64,000 nt of DNA from Candidatus Latescibacterota bacterium. GTDB lineage: Bacteria; Latescibacterota; UBA2968; GCA-2709665. The stretch lies in contig OZ244744.1 of the NCBI GenBank assembly GCA_965219455.1, positions 1,696,001 to 1,760,000 on the forward strand, given 5' to 3'. The notes under the pieces are model-generated. The model was not told where the DNA came from. It did not search any database and worked only from the letters and a program-made list of their open reading frames with translations. Made by a program: the position numbers and the translations under genes. This document shows, one piece after another, positions 37,885 through 50,022 of the stretch; within the stretch, counting starts at the first letter, position 1; the number at the start of each line of letters is the position of its first letter.

Positions 37885-39063
37885 TCAGGAGAGCAGTTCG
37901 CAAAGTTCGTCGCTCTCCCGGGTGATCTGTTCACTCCCGTTCTCCGAAATCACGAAAACGTCCTCCCACAGCATCTGAACGCCTTCCGCGGTCAACCCGG
38001 GCTCGGTGCTCAGGACCATCCCGGGCTCCAGCGGCGTCTGATCGTCCGGATGAATGCTCGGCGGCTCGGTAATCAGCATACCCTGCCCGTGGCCCATCCG
38101 GGAGGGTCCGAACCGGTCCATTCCATTCGTCCTTAAACACGCCTTGTGGATCGCTTCCATTCCTGCCCCGTAGATTTCGGAGCACCTCACGCCGGGGCCG
38201 AGGGCCGCCGCCATGGCGCGATTCACCTCCAGCAGTGCGCCGTGCATCCGTCTCAACGGTTCCGTCGCCCGGCCCAGGACGACCCACCGGGTATAGTCAA
38301 CCGTATACATGCCCACACGGGCGCCCGTATCCACACCGACGACCTGGCCTGCTTCCAGCGGCCTATCGCAACCGAACGGATTCCGCGATCCCGGAAGGCC
38401 CAGCAGCAACATGACAAACGAAGTCCCATCGCCGCCCTCTTCCAGAATCAGCCGCCGCAACAGGCGGGCGGTCGCCCGTTCCGTCATCCCGGGCCGAATC
38501 ATGCCGAACAGCCGCTGCCGGGCCCGGTCCGTCACTTCTCCCGCCTGCCGGATATATGCGAGTTCCTCCTTCGACTTCACCATCCGCAGTTGTAAGATCA
38601 CCTCCGCCGCGTCCACAAACGCGACATCGGACAATGCCCCCGTCAGGTCCTGATATGCCCCCACGGGCATTCCCATCCGCTGTTCCTGCCCCAATTCCAC
38701 ACCCACGGACCCGCAGGCCGCTCCCGCGTCCCGCAGCGCCTGGACTACGACCGCTTGCGGAAACTCGAACAACTCCCCGTACCCTCGCACATCGGTCACA
38801 TAGGAACCCAGCGCCAGATTGTCCTGTCCCTGTGTGACAACAATCGGCTCCCCGTCCCGGGGCAGGATAAAGACCGACGGTCGGGTCAGCGACGCGTGCA
38901 GGGCCACACTCGCCGCCGTCCCCGCGAAATACTGGAAATTCTCCTCGCCGGTAACAAACAGCACGTCCATCCCGCGCCGGTCCATCGCCACCCGCGCGCG
39001 GGCATACCTTCGCTCCATCTCCTCACGGGAGAACATCGCGTATTCGAGATCGTCGGATCTCAT
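37885..39063 (-). CDS. M24 family Xaa-Pro peptidase/creatinase-like protein
   Basis: LRMVKSKEEL, DTG...YTVDYTR, GHGQGM..TEPP, STEPG, EDVFVI. Confidence 0.88.
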   Translation of the reverse strand: MRSDDLEYAMFSREEMERRYARARVAMDRRGMDVLFVTGEENFQYFAGTAASVALHASLTRPSVFILPRDGEPIVVTQGQDNLALGSYVTDVRGYGELFEFPQAVVVQALRDAGAACGSVGVELGQEQRMGMPVGAYQDLTGALSDVAFVDAAEVILQLRMVKSKEELAYIRQAGEVTDRARQRLFGMIRPGMTERATARLLRRLILEEGGDGTSFVMLLLGLPGSRNPFGCDRPLEAGQVVGVDTGARVGMYTVDYTRWVVLGRATEPLRRMHGALLEVNRAMAAALGPGVRCSEIYGAGMEAIHKACLRTNGMDRFGPSRMGHGQGMLITEPPSIHPDDQTPLEPGMVLSTEPGLTAEGVQMLWEDVFVISENGSEQITRESDELCELLS

Positions 39064-39371
39064 CGACCTCCAGCCTTCCTTGCGTCTCCGATCCGATACG
39101 GCTCGTTTCAGATCGACGGAACAACCGTCCCGGAAAATATCGCACTTACCCACATCGGGCCACCCCACCAGGGTATCTCTATCCAACGTCAACCCGATCG
39201 CCGCCGTCGGATCGCAGCGAAAATCCACAACTAACTTACGTCACGTTGCCGGCGGCGACGGATTTCCTCCCACTGAATTCTTTAGTCCTCAAGGGTAAAT
39301 TAAATAATTTGTATATTGTTTTATATTTATCACTCAATAATGTGTATTTTGAATTATATTATACGTAAATA

Positions 39372-39400
39372 TTGACATATTGATAATATATCGATATATT
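39372..39400 (+). promoter_or_regulatory. Sigma70 promoter in AT-rich divergent region
   Basis: TTGACA-N17-TATATT within very AT-rich 39295-39400. Confidence 0.65.
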
Positions 39401-39653
39401 CTCGATCAGGTCGCCCGTTTAGCAAAGCACGGCAAGCTGATGTCGTAAACGGCCGTACCACCTGAAGGTTGGGCCCTCGATCGAAGTAACCGATTCAATC
39501 GGCAGACGGCGGGCACGCAAGATAGTTTCCGCCCGGTACAGGCGCAAGCCACTTTGCCGGACGATTCGACGTACGCAAGTCCGGCCGGCGGAGAGACGCG
39601 TCTGTTTTCTCGATAGCTGAAATTCAGTCAAACTGGAAAGGAGTAAGCCAACC

Positions 39654-40043
39654 GTGCGGAAGGTATTGGAGAAATGTCCGACATGCGGCGGCGAACTGAC
39701 GATATCAGGATTGCAGTGCCACGCCTGCCACACCAGAATCGAGAGTCAATATTCGACGTGTCCCTTCTGTCGTCTGTCCCAGCAAGACCTCGACTTTATT
39801 GAGATCTTTGTCAAGAACCGGGGCAATATCAAGGAACTGGAACGCGAACTCGGTATCTCCTATCCCACGGTTCGCAACCGCCTGAATGCCGTCATCGCGG
39901 AGCTTGGCTATGAAGTCCGGGGCGACGCGCCCACTTCCGACGAAAGCTCGGAAAAACGCCGTGAGATCCTGAAACAACTCGATGAAGGGGAAATATCCGC
40001 TGAAGAGGCGGCCGAACTGATAAAGCAACGGAGGAGGAAATAA
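39654..40043 (+). CDS. DUF2089 family protein (Zn ribbon, HTH, SHOCT-like tail)
   Basis: CPTCGG...CHACHT; FVKNRGNIKELERELGISYPTVRNRL; ILKQLDEGEISAEEA. Confidence 0.9.
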   Translation: MRKVLEKCPTCGGELTISGLQCHACHTRIESQYSTCPFCRLSQQDLDFIEIFVKNRGNIKELERELGISYPTVRNRLNAVIAELGYEVRGDAPTSDESSEKRREILKQLDEGEISAEEAAELIKQRRRK

Positions 40044-40045
40044 CA

Positions 40046-42765
<2,720 letters not shown>

Positions 42766-42826
42766 CGGGAGGATGCTTCCCGGTCTCAGAATCGCGGCGA
42801 ATCGCCACGGACCCCTCCCGGAGGAG

Positions 42827-44179
42827 TCATCGAACCAAACGTCTGAACAGATCCTCCCGCATCTCGCACTCCAGTAATTCATCCAGCCGCCGGTTCTCCA
42901 ACCCGTCTCTAATCACCGCGAAGCTCTGCCTCACCACCGCCTCGGTGTGGTCCAGCGCCGCCTCGTCGTGCGCGCAATTGAAGAAAAATCCGGTCGACAG
43001 AATCAACCCGCGTCTGGCGTTCTCCTGGACAAACAGCGTCGTCACTTTCCTCGCGGTCTCTCCGTCGGCAACCTGAAACCGGATGCCCGGGTGTGCGGCA
43101 ACGCCGACGCATTCGGCGGCCACTCCCGCCTCTCGCGCCGCCCGGTTGATCCTCTCTTTGAACGACGCCCCCACGCGCTCGAAATGCGTCACCGCATCCC
43201 TTCGCTCCAGTTCTCGCAGGGTCGTCAAGGCAGCCACGGTTCCGATGGGATCGTCCCAGTAGGCGCTGGAAATGAACATCCTCGACGCCGGTTCCATCAC
43301 CTCCCGTTTGCCAACCACGGCAGCCATCGGGTACCCGTTTGAGATCGCTTTCGCGAACACCGACAGATCGGGTACCACGCCCGTATACTCCTGTACCCCG
43401 CCCAGCGCAATACGGAAACCGGATGACACCTCGTCAAAAATAAGAACCACACCGTACTTCGTTGCCAGGTCCCTCACCCCGTCCAGATACCCGGGGGGCG
43501 GCAACTCCGTCCGCATCGGCTCCATCATAATGCACGCGACCTCGTTTCCGTGCGTCTTCAGCAGATCCTCCAGCATTTGCAGGTCGCCGTACTCGAACGG
43601 AATTGTGGTCCCTTCCAGCACCCGCGGCACGCCGATCGGCTCGATTCCCGGCCTGAGGTGGCGGTCGAGCCGTTCTCCACCCAGATTTGCCGCCAGGTAC
43701 CAATCGTGCCATCCGTGATAACCGCAGAACAGCACCTTGTCCTTCCCGGTAACCCCGCGCGCGATCCGTACCGCCACGGTACACGCCTCTCCCCCTCCTT
43801 TGGCGTAACGCACCATCTCCGCGGACGGAATCAGCCGGACCAGTTCTTCGGCCAGTTCCACGGCGCTTTCATGCACAATGCTGCAGATGCCGCCTCGTTC
43901 GATCTGCTGTTTGACTGCCGCGTCCACAACATCGTCCGCATAGCCCAATATGATCGGCCCCACCCCGCTCATCCAATCGACGTACTCGTTGCCGTCGACG
44001 TCCCAGATCCGGCATCCCTTCGCCTTCGCGGCGTAAACCGGGCTCACCCCCAGCGCCGCCTGTGTCGGACGCCGGCTGAGCAACTGGGTCACACCCGGAA
44101 TCACTTCCTTCGCCCGCTCATACACGGCCATCGACCGGACAACCGAATGCTGCGCAGGCATTGTGTTCTTCTCGTTCAT
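42827..44179 (-). CDS. Class-III PLP aminotransferase (GSA aminomutase-like)
   Basis: GCRIWDVDGNEYVDW, GYHGWHD, LIFDEVSSGFR, PDLSVFAKAISNGYP. Confidence 0.88.
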   Translation of the reverse strand: MNEKNTMPAQHSVVRSMAVYERAKEVIPGVTQLLSRRPTQAALGVSPVYAAKAKGCRIWDVDGNEYVDWMSGVGPIILGYADDVVDAAVKQQIERGGICSIVHESAVELAEELVRLIPSAEMVRYAKGGGEACTVAVRIARGVTGKDKVLFCGYHGWHDWYLAANLGGERLDRHLRPGIEPIGVPRVLEGTTIPFEYGDLQMLEDLLKTHGNEVACIMMEPMRTELPPPGYLDGVRDLATKYGVVLIFDEVSSGFRIALGGVQEYTGVVPDLSVFAKAISNGYPMAAVVGKREVMEPASRMFISSAYWDDPIGTVAALTTLRELERRDAVTHFERVGASFKERINRAAREAGVAAECVGVAAHPGIRFQVADGETARKVTTLFVQENARRGLILSTGFFFNCAHDEAALDHTEAVVRQSFAVIRDGLENRRLDELLECEMREDLFRRLVR

Positions 44180-44252
44180 TGCCGATCCTCCCAAAGGACG
44201 GGTTGGACACATCCCGGCGGCGATGGCGCACGGCCCCTATTCGTTTCCGGAC

Positions 44253-45050
44253 CTACCACGCTGTCCATCCACCGTCGATCGTCAAATTCTGCCCGGTCAT
44301 ATAGCTGCTCGCGTCACTGGCGAGAAACACGATCGCCCCCTTCAATTCATGCGGCTCCCCCATTCGTCCCATCGGGCTCTTCGTACACAACCGGTCCACC
44401 ATCTCCGCCGGCGCCTTGCTCATATTGGGAAACGGCCCCGGGCTCAGACAATTCACCCTCACGCGGTCCGCCGCCCAGTAAACCGCCAGGTGGCGCGTCA
44501 CGTGGATGATCCCGCCCTTCAACGCGTGATAAGCGGCAGGGCTGGCAGGACAGACCCCGGCATACGCGTCGGGGTAGGAGGCCACCTGACCGTACATGGA
44601 CCCGAGCATCACGATGCTCGCGGACCCGCCGCGTTCCACGGCGTCGTTTCGCATCAGACGGGCAAGCGTGAAATAGCCGGCCACGTTTGCCTGTTGCCAC
44701 GCGAACTGCTCGTGTGTCACGTCCGTCCAGTCGTTCAACAGGCCCTCGTGTCCGTTGTTGACCAGCACGTCGATCTGTCCGGTCGTTTCCACCGCCTCCG
44801 CAAAACCGGCCTCGATGGATCCTCCATCCATATGATCCAGCTCGACCCCCAGGTGCGAGGCGTCGCCGGGCAACGCCGCCACCGCAGCCTCGGCCCGGCC
44901 GCGGTCCCGGCTGCTGATGACGACCCTGGCCCCCGCCTCGGCCAACGCCCGGGCGAACGCCGATCCCAGAAACCCCGTTCCTCCCGTCACCAGCGCCACC
45001 TTTCCGCTCAAGTCGAACAACCTCTGCACCTTCGGTTCGCTCGTTGCCAT
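44253..45050 (-). CDS. SDR family oxidoreductase
   Basis: TGGTGFLG, LVNNG, SMYG, YHALKGG (YxxxK), VNCLSPG. Confidence 0.92.
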   Translation of the reverse strand: MATSEPKVQRLFDLSGKVALVTGGTGFLGSAFARALAEAGARVVISSRDRGRAEAAVAALPGDASHLGVELDHMDGGSIEAGFAEAVETTGQIDVLVNNGHEGLLNDWTDVTHEQFAWQQANVAGYFTLARLMRNDAVERGGSASIVMLGSMYGQVASYPDAYAGVCPASPAAYHALKGGIIHVTRHLAVYWAADRVRVNCLSPGPFPNMSKAPAEMVDRLCTKSPMGRMGEPHELKGAIVFLASDASSYMTGQNLTIDGGWTAW

Positions 45051-45085
45051 CTTATCGTCTCCCTGTCTGAAAAAACTTTCAGCCT

Positions 45086-45259
45086 TTAGATTTCAGCGGT
45101 AAGATCGCCCATACCCGCCACGTTCCCGTGGCCGAAGATCCCGAACATCACCGGAATCAGCCGCCGTTGCTTTTCGTCCCGCTCGCTGTACTGTACCGAT
45201 AGGTACTTTACCAGCGCCTGGGCCGTGGTCAGCCGGATCGTCCTGCGGTTGTCTGACAA
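45086..45259 (-). pseudogene. iolD: N-terminal stub of IolD (trihydroxycyclohexane-1,2-dione hydrolase)
   Basis: Manual translation MSDNRRTIRLTTAQALVKYLSVQYSERDEKQRRLIPVMFGIFGHGNVAGMGDLTAEI*; TIRLTTAQAL and GIFGHGNV are IolD hallmarks; TTG start after GGAGG. Confidence 0.82.
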
Positions 45260-45261
45260 CG

Positions 45262-47181
45262 CTAACCCCCCTCCGACAACGGAATTATCGGAAGCACAAC
45301 GTGCGAGGGCCGTGCCAGGTCCATGTAAACCGTATTGCGGGCCACGACCGAGTGGGTATGCCTTCCCACGGGTTCGCCGGTATTCGGATTCACGTCGAAA
45401 CGGGGGAAATTGCTGCTGGAGATATCGACACGAATCCGGTGCCCGCGTTTGAACAGGTTGCTGGTGGGCGGCAGATCGATCCTTACGGGAACCACCTCAC
45501 CGGGCGTCATCATCTCCGGCGCCTCCCACCCGTTCCGATAGCGGGTGCGGATGATGGAATCGACCAGATTCATGTGATAGCCCGACGGATAGTCTTCGTT
45601 GGAAGGATAGACGTCGATCAGCTTCGCGGTAAAGTCCGTATCCACGGCGGAGGAAGAGATCCAGAGATTCACGGAAAGCGGACCCGTCACCTCGACGTCC
45701 TCGTCCAGCGGATCTGTCTGAAAGACGATGACGTCCGCCCTGGACGCCAGGGGCAGATACGGCGGTTCGGCGCCCACGATACCCGGCGCCTCCTGCTGGT
45801 GGGCCGCTCCGTCCAGCACAATGCTGCGCATCCGCGCCCTGGGGGGCGTGTACCTCTCGACCATCCCCTCCCCCAGCGGCACCAACTCGTAGAAACCGGT
45901 CACATTTCCTGCAACCGTAGGTACCGGGTGGTCCGGGTCGTGCAGATAACACGCCGGCGCGCCGTCCTTACCGGGGGTATCCGGGCTGAGGCCGCCGCCG
46001 TGTAAATAGTACGCCGTGTACCTGGTACGGGCAAGCGGCCACTCCCGTTCGGACCGCCACGCGCCGCCATGGTTCAGGCGGCCCTCCCCGTTGCGCCGGC
46101 CGTCGCCTCCTCCCATCACGAATATACGCGCCGGGGGATCGTCCTCCACGCCGTTGGAAATATCCTTCAACCAGCGGTCGAACCAGCGCACGCGTTCCCG
46201 GTTGTACACGTCGTCGCCCCACGCCGAATCGGGTCCGAAATCCACGTCGCCCGCAAACGAACTTCCCTCCCCGCGTATTCCCCCGTGGTTCCAGGGACCC
46301 ATCAGCAGCCGCTGGGGGGTCCGGTTGCGCTTCGACATTTCCGTGAAGTAATTCGTGGTCGCCACGGCGAACGGATCGTACCAGCCCCCGCTGAATACGG
46401 AAGGAATATCGCCGTGCCTGTCGAAGTGGCGCTCCTGGTCGCAGCAGTCCTGTTGCCAGAACTCGTCGTACTCGCCGCGATGGTAATAATCGAACAGCAC
46501 CCGTTCGAGATTGGGTACCAGGGCCAGGGGCGTGTCCCCCGGCCTGAACGGCGTTGAATAAACCAGCTCCCTCATCCGCTCCATCGTATCCACGAATGCC
46601 TGCACCGCGGAGGGGTCGTCCGCGATCTCCTGGGCATCGTGCCCGTGCAGGAACAGGGCCCCGAACATGTGGAGCGCCATCGCCCCTCCCTCCCGGGAAC
46701 AGTGCGCGTACATATTGGTCGGGCCCACGTCCTGCCACGTCGCCGTCAGACTCGTCGGCCGGTACAACGCCATGACCGCCTGAACGATCGCTCCGTGCGA
46801 ACTTCCCACCGTGCCCACCCGCCCGTTGGACCAGGGCTGTTCCGCAATCCAGGCCACCGTATCGTAACCGTCCCGGCCCTCGTCCGGATTGGCGGTATGG
46901 AAGTATTGCCCGGTACCTTCCGACCGATGCCGGCCCCTGAGATCCTGAATCGCCACAACATAGCCGCGACGGGCAAAGTACGTCCCCACGGGTTCAACCC
47001 ACATTTGAGGACTGCTCTTATCGTAGGACGTCCGTCCCAGAATCGCCGGAAACCGACCGGGCGCGGGTTCCCCGTCGACGGCCGGGCGGTAGACATCCGT
47101 CGCCAACCGCACACCGTCCCGCATGGGTACCCTGACGTCCCTCGCAACAACGATCCCGTACTCGGGTTCCGAACTCATCAT
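45262..47181 (-). CDS. CocE/NonD family hydrolase
   Basis: VPMRDGVRLATDVYRP, QDLRGRHRSEG, GSSHGA, GGWYD, GPWNH, SSNFPRFDVNPNTG. Confidence 0.92.
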   Translation of the reverse strand: MMSSEPEYGIVVARDVRVPMRDGVRLATDVYRPAVDGEPAPGRFPAILGRTSYDKSSPQMWVEPVGTYFARRGYVVAIQDLRGRHRSEGTGQYFHTANPDEGRDGYDTVAWIAEQPWSNGRVGTVGSSHGAIVQAVMALYRPTSLTATWQDVGPTNMYAHCSREGGAMALHMFGALFLHGHDAQEIADDPSAVQAFVDTMERMRELVYSTPFRPGDTPLALVPNLERVLFDYYHRGEYDEFWQQDCCDQERHFDRHGDIPSVFSGGWYDPFAVATTNYFTEMSKRNRTPQRLLMGPWNHGGIRGEGSSFAGDVDFGPDSAWGDDVYNRERVRWFDRWLKDISNGVEDDPPARIFVMGGGDGRRNGEGRLNHGGAWRSEREWPLARTRYTAYYLHGGGLSPDTPGKDGAPACYLHDPDHPVPTVAGNVTGFYELVPLGEGMVERYTPPRARMRSIVLDGAAHQQEAPGIVGAEPPYLPLASRADVIVFQTDPLDEDVEVTGPLSVNLWISSSAVDTDFTAKLIDVYPSNEDYPSGYHMNLVDSIIRTRYRNGWEAPEMMTPGEVVPVRIDLPPTSNLFKRGHRIRVDISSSNFPRFDVNPNTGEPVGRHTHSVVARNTVYMDLARPSHVVLPIIPLSEGG

Positions 47182-47217
47182 CCTGCCGCTCCTCTGAGAA
47201 TCGGACTTGAAACGCGT

Positions 47218-49902
47218 CTATTGAATCAAATCTCCGTTTCCGGCGACAATTCGGGGGGCGCCGGCATCAAACCGCACCTCGACGAAATCCGTCTTCGCCT
47301 TCAATTCAAGGCGGGTATCCCCAATGTGTAACGAACTGCCGTTGCAGACTGAGACGGCCATAACCTCGCCGTCCCCATCCAGGCGCACCATGCACAACTC
47401 CCCATCGGCCCGAATGCCCCGATCGTCCTGTACCATCTGCCCGCCGTCCCTCTCCGCGATGTCCACGTCCCCTGCCAGAATCACGTCCCGCCGTCCATCC
47501 GCGAGTTCGATTTCCACGGCCACGTCGGCCACCTGACTTAACCCTCCGTTGCCTCCTTCCAGGCGAAGACGCCTGACGCCGGAAATCTCGGGCGCCCCTT
47601 CATAGGCTTCGATGACGCCCACAAACGTGGACGCCAGCGGATCCACGTCCGACTGCCGCCGCACCATCACCCGCGGGATCCAGGCCGTCTCATTGCCGCC
47701 AAAGCCGCGAAGCGCGACCCACGCCTCGGCCGTAGAAACCTCCGCGCCTTCCGTCAGGTCGGTATACCTCAGGTGGATGTCACGGTTCCCTTCCAGATAT
47801 TCGTACCGATCCTCCACCTTCCAGTCCACGTGCCAGCCCGGAGCCGAACGTGCGTCACGCATGAAATTCCGCATTTGCGTTTCGTACCCGTAATCCGCGG
47901 CCGGCTCCAGCGAAAGGCCCCGAGTCGAAATCATGCCGAAATGACTGTGCATGAACTTCGCGTGGTCTCGCCCGCCCACGACGCGGAACACGTCAAGGAG
48001 GTAACCGCTGTCCTCCGAGACGTCCACCATCGCCACCGTTCGTTCATAGCGTGGAATCCGGTAGAGCGCGGATCCGCTCGCCCTGACTGCCCGGAACTGC
48101 CCGCCATCCGCCCACAATGTCGATTCGCCGTCCGATGGGCGCTCCTGGTCCTTCCCGTCCACGACCACGGTGTTGTGACCGGCGGTGCTTACGTACCAGT
48201 GAAATTTCGGCCCGCTCCAGCCTCCGTAATGTACCGGCGGGTATCCGAAGTCCGGCATCAGGTCCAGGCCCATTGCAAACAACCCCAGATTCATCCCATC
48301 GGCATGCCCGTGAGGCCCGCCCGAATCGTAGTCCAGCCACGCAGCGCGACGACTGTCGCCTCGACCCGAACGAAGCACGGCCAGCCGCCACTCCGTTTTG
48401 TTTACGCCGGCCTGTTCGATCTCCGTTCCATGGGCGTCGATAACCGCCCGCACTTCGTCCTGAAACGCGCGCGGGTCGTCCGCAAAGAGATCGTGCGGCA
48501 GCCCCTCCACGGTACTGCCATTGGCCTGGAACAGAGCCTGAACGTAAGCCGGATCACCGGTCTCCCGATAAAGATGCCACAGGAACGCGAACATCGACGA
48601 TTCCAGTCCGGGGTCCTTCGTAAAGGAGACCCCCACGTAGCTATCGACCTTCGCCGCGTAAGATCCCGTGTCGCCCACCTGGGGATAGTATTGTTGAAGG
48701 CACCACGTATCGATATGAAACCGATAGGTCTGCCCCAGCTTCGGATGTCTCGCCAGCATATCCCGCAGAAAATCCGCGTCCACCCGGCTGAACCGCGCCA
48801 GAAACTGCGCCAGGCTCTGAATCACGCTGGAGCAGTATCCCGCGAGGCCCTTTTCGCCTGTCACCCCGTCCACCGCCGTCGCGCGTTCCATCATCTCGTC
48901 GATCAACCCGTACACTTTCTCCCGGTTTCCCTCCCAGTCCAGGACCGAATGAATCGTGATCAACGCGATTTCCTTGCGGGGATAGTTGGAACGGATACGA
49001 TCGTGGTTCACAACCGTATCCTGCAATATTCCCTCCTCGATATGGCGCGTGACGTCCTCCGGCGATGCCTTGCTCGACACAATGCCATACTTCGCAGCCT
49101 TCTCGCTCAAGAAATCCGCCAACGCCTCATCGCTCCGCAGTGCCTCTCGAACCTGGTCGTAAGCCTGCGCCAGTTCCCGCGCCTCCTCGCACGCATCGTG
49201 CCAGGTGGACACGTACCCGGCGTGCGCCGGCCCTTCGTACATCATCGCCTGATCTTTGAAAATAAACGTCGTATACAGATCCGCCACGCGGTCCAGCAGC
49301 ACACCCGCCCGGTGCGCATACCCGGTCTCCCCGGTTGCCGCATAAGCCGCCGCCAGCGCCCTGATGCCGCCCTGGACGATCTGCTTCCATTGCCCGTAGA
49401 CCAGGTACGTCCCGACGAACCACCAGGTGTTCCCGCCGTCCCGGTACCCCTCGCCGTCGTCCACGCCAAACCGGTGCAATGGATCTCCCGGGTCCGGATG
49501 CTCCGTATTGAATAACAGGGAACCGTCTGCCAGATCGTGTTGAAATACCCCGTGTTCGTCCAGGCCGGAGCGGTAATACGCATGGAAGTCGTTCTTGGGA
49601 AACAACGCTTCGCAGCGCGGGCAGCGGAGCTTCCACGGCAGGCGCAGTGCCTGGATACGCCAGTTGTACATCGGGACGCCCTCTCTGCAAGCCGGGCAAT
49701 GGCCGTTCGACCACACCATCCAGGATCTTCGGATGGTGCTTCCGAACATCAGGTCCCACAGTTCATCGTCCGAAAATGCCATCCACGGCTGGGCCGCCTC
49801 GACGATCCGGTCCCTGGCCCGCTTCGCCCACGCGAAGTCCTCCGCGTTGCGCTTTGCCTTCTCGATCAATTCCGCCGGGTAAAACAAACTACCCCTGGTC
49901 AC
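47218..49902 (-). CDS. Heparinase II/III-like polysaccharide lyase family protein
   Basis: Helical N-domain; GPHGHADGMNL, DFGYP, TAGHNTVVVDG, YERTVAMV. Confidence 0.75.
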   Translation of the reverse strand: MTRGSLFYPAELIEKAKRNAEDFAWAKRARDRIVEAAQPWMAFSDDELWDLMFGSTIRRSWMVWSNGHCPACREGVPMYNWRIQALRLPWKLRCPRCEALFPKNDFHAYYRSGLDEHGVFQHDLADGSLLFNTEHPDPGDPLHRFGVDDGEGYRDGGNTWWFVGTYLVYGQWKQIVQGGIRALAAAYAATGETGYAHRAGVLLDRVADLYTTFIFKDQAMMYEGPAHAGYVSTWHDACEEARELAQAYDQVREALRSDEALADFLSEKAAKYGIVSSKASPEDVTRHIEEGILQDTVVNHDRIRSNYPRKEIALITIHSVLDWEGNREKVYGLIDEMMERATAVDGVTGEKGLAGYCSSVIQSLAQFLARFSRVDADFLRDMLARHPKLGQTYRFHIDTWCLQQYYPQVGDTGSYAAKVDSYVGVSFTKDPGLESSMFAFLWHLYRETGDPAYVQALFQANGSTVEGLPHDLFADDPRAFQDEVRAVIDAHGTEIEQAGVNKTEWRLAVLRSGRGDSRRAAWLDYDSGGPHGHADGMNLGLFAMGLDLMPDFGYPPVHYGGWSGPKFHWYVSTAGHNTVVVDGKDQERPSDGESTLWADGGQFRAVRASGSALYRIPRYERTVAMVDVSEDSGYLLDVFRVVGGRDHAKFMHSHFGMISTRGLSLEPAADYGYETQMRNFMRDARSAPGWHVDWKVEDRYEYLEGNRDIHLRYTDLTEGAEVSTAEAWVALRGFGGNETAWIPRVMVRRQSDVDPLASTFVGVIEAYEGAPEISGVRRLRLEGGNGGLSQVADVAVEIELADGRRDVILAGDVDIAERDGGQMVQDDRGIRADGELCMVRLDGDGEVMAVSVCNGSSLHIGDTRLELKAKTDFVEVRFDAGAPRIVAGNGDLIQ

Positions 49903-50022
49903 GACGATTCCTCCTTATTTTGTTCCGGCGCCGATACAATCCTGCTTGATCGTCCGACCCGGACACCCTATTTTCGCTCAGGACGATTGACCTCGAATCC
50001 CCAAGAATCAGGGAGCGCATCC

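Noticed and set aside
47773-49515. Long antisense ORFs (also 36074-37561, 20031-21005, 21727-22761 and many others)
   Set aside because: They lie opposite well-supported genes and have no motifs; typical shadow ORFs of high-GC codon bias
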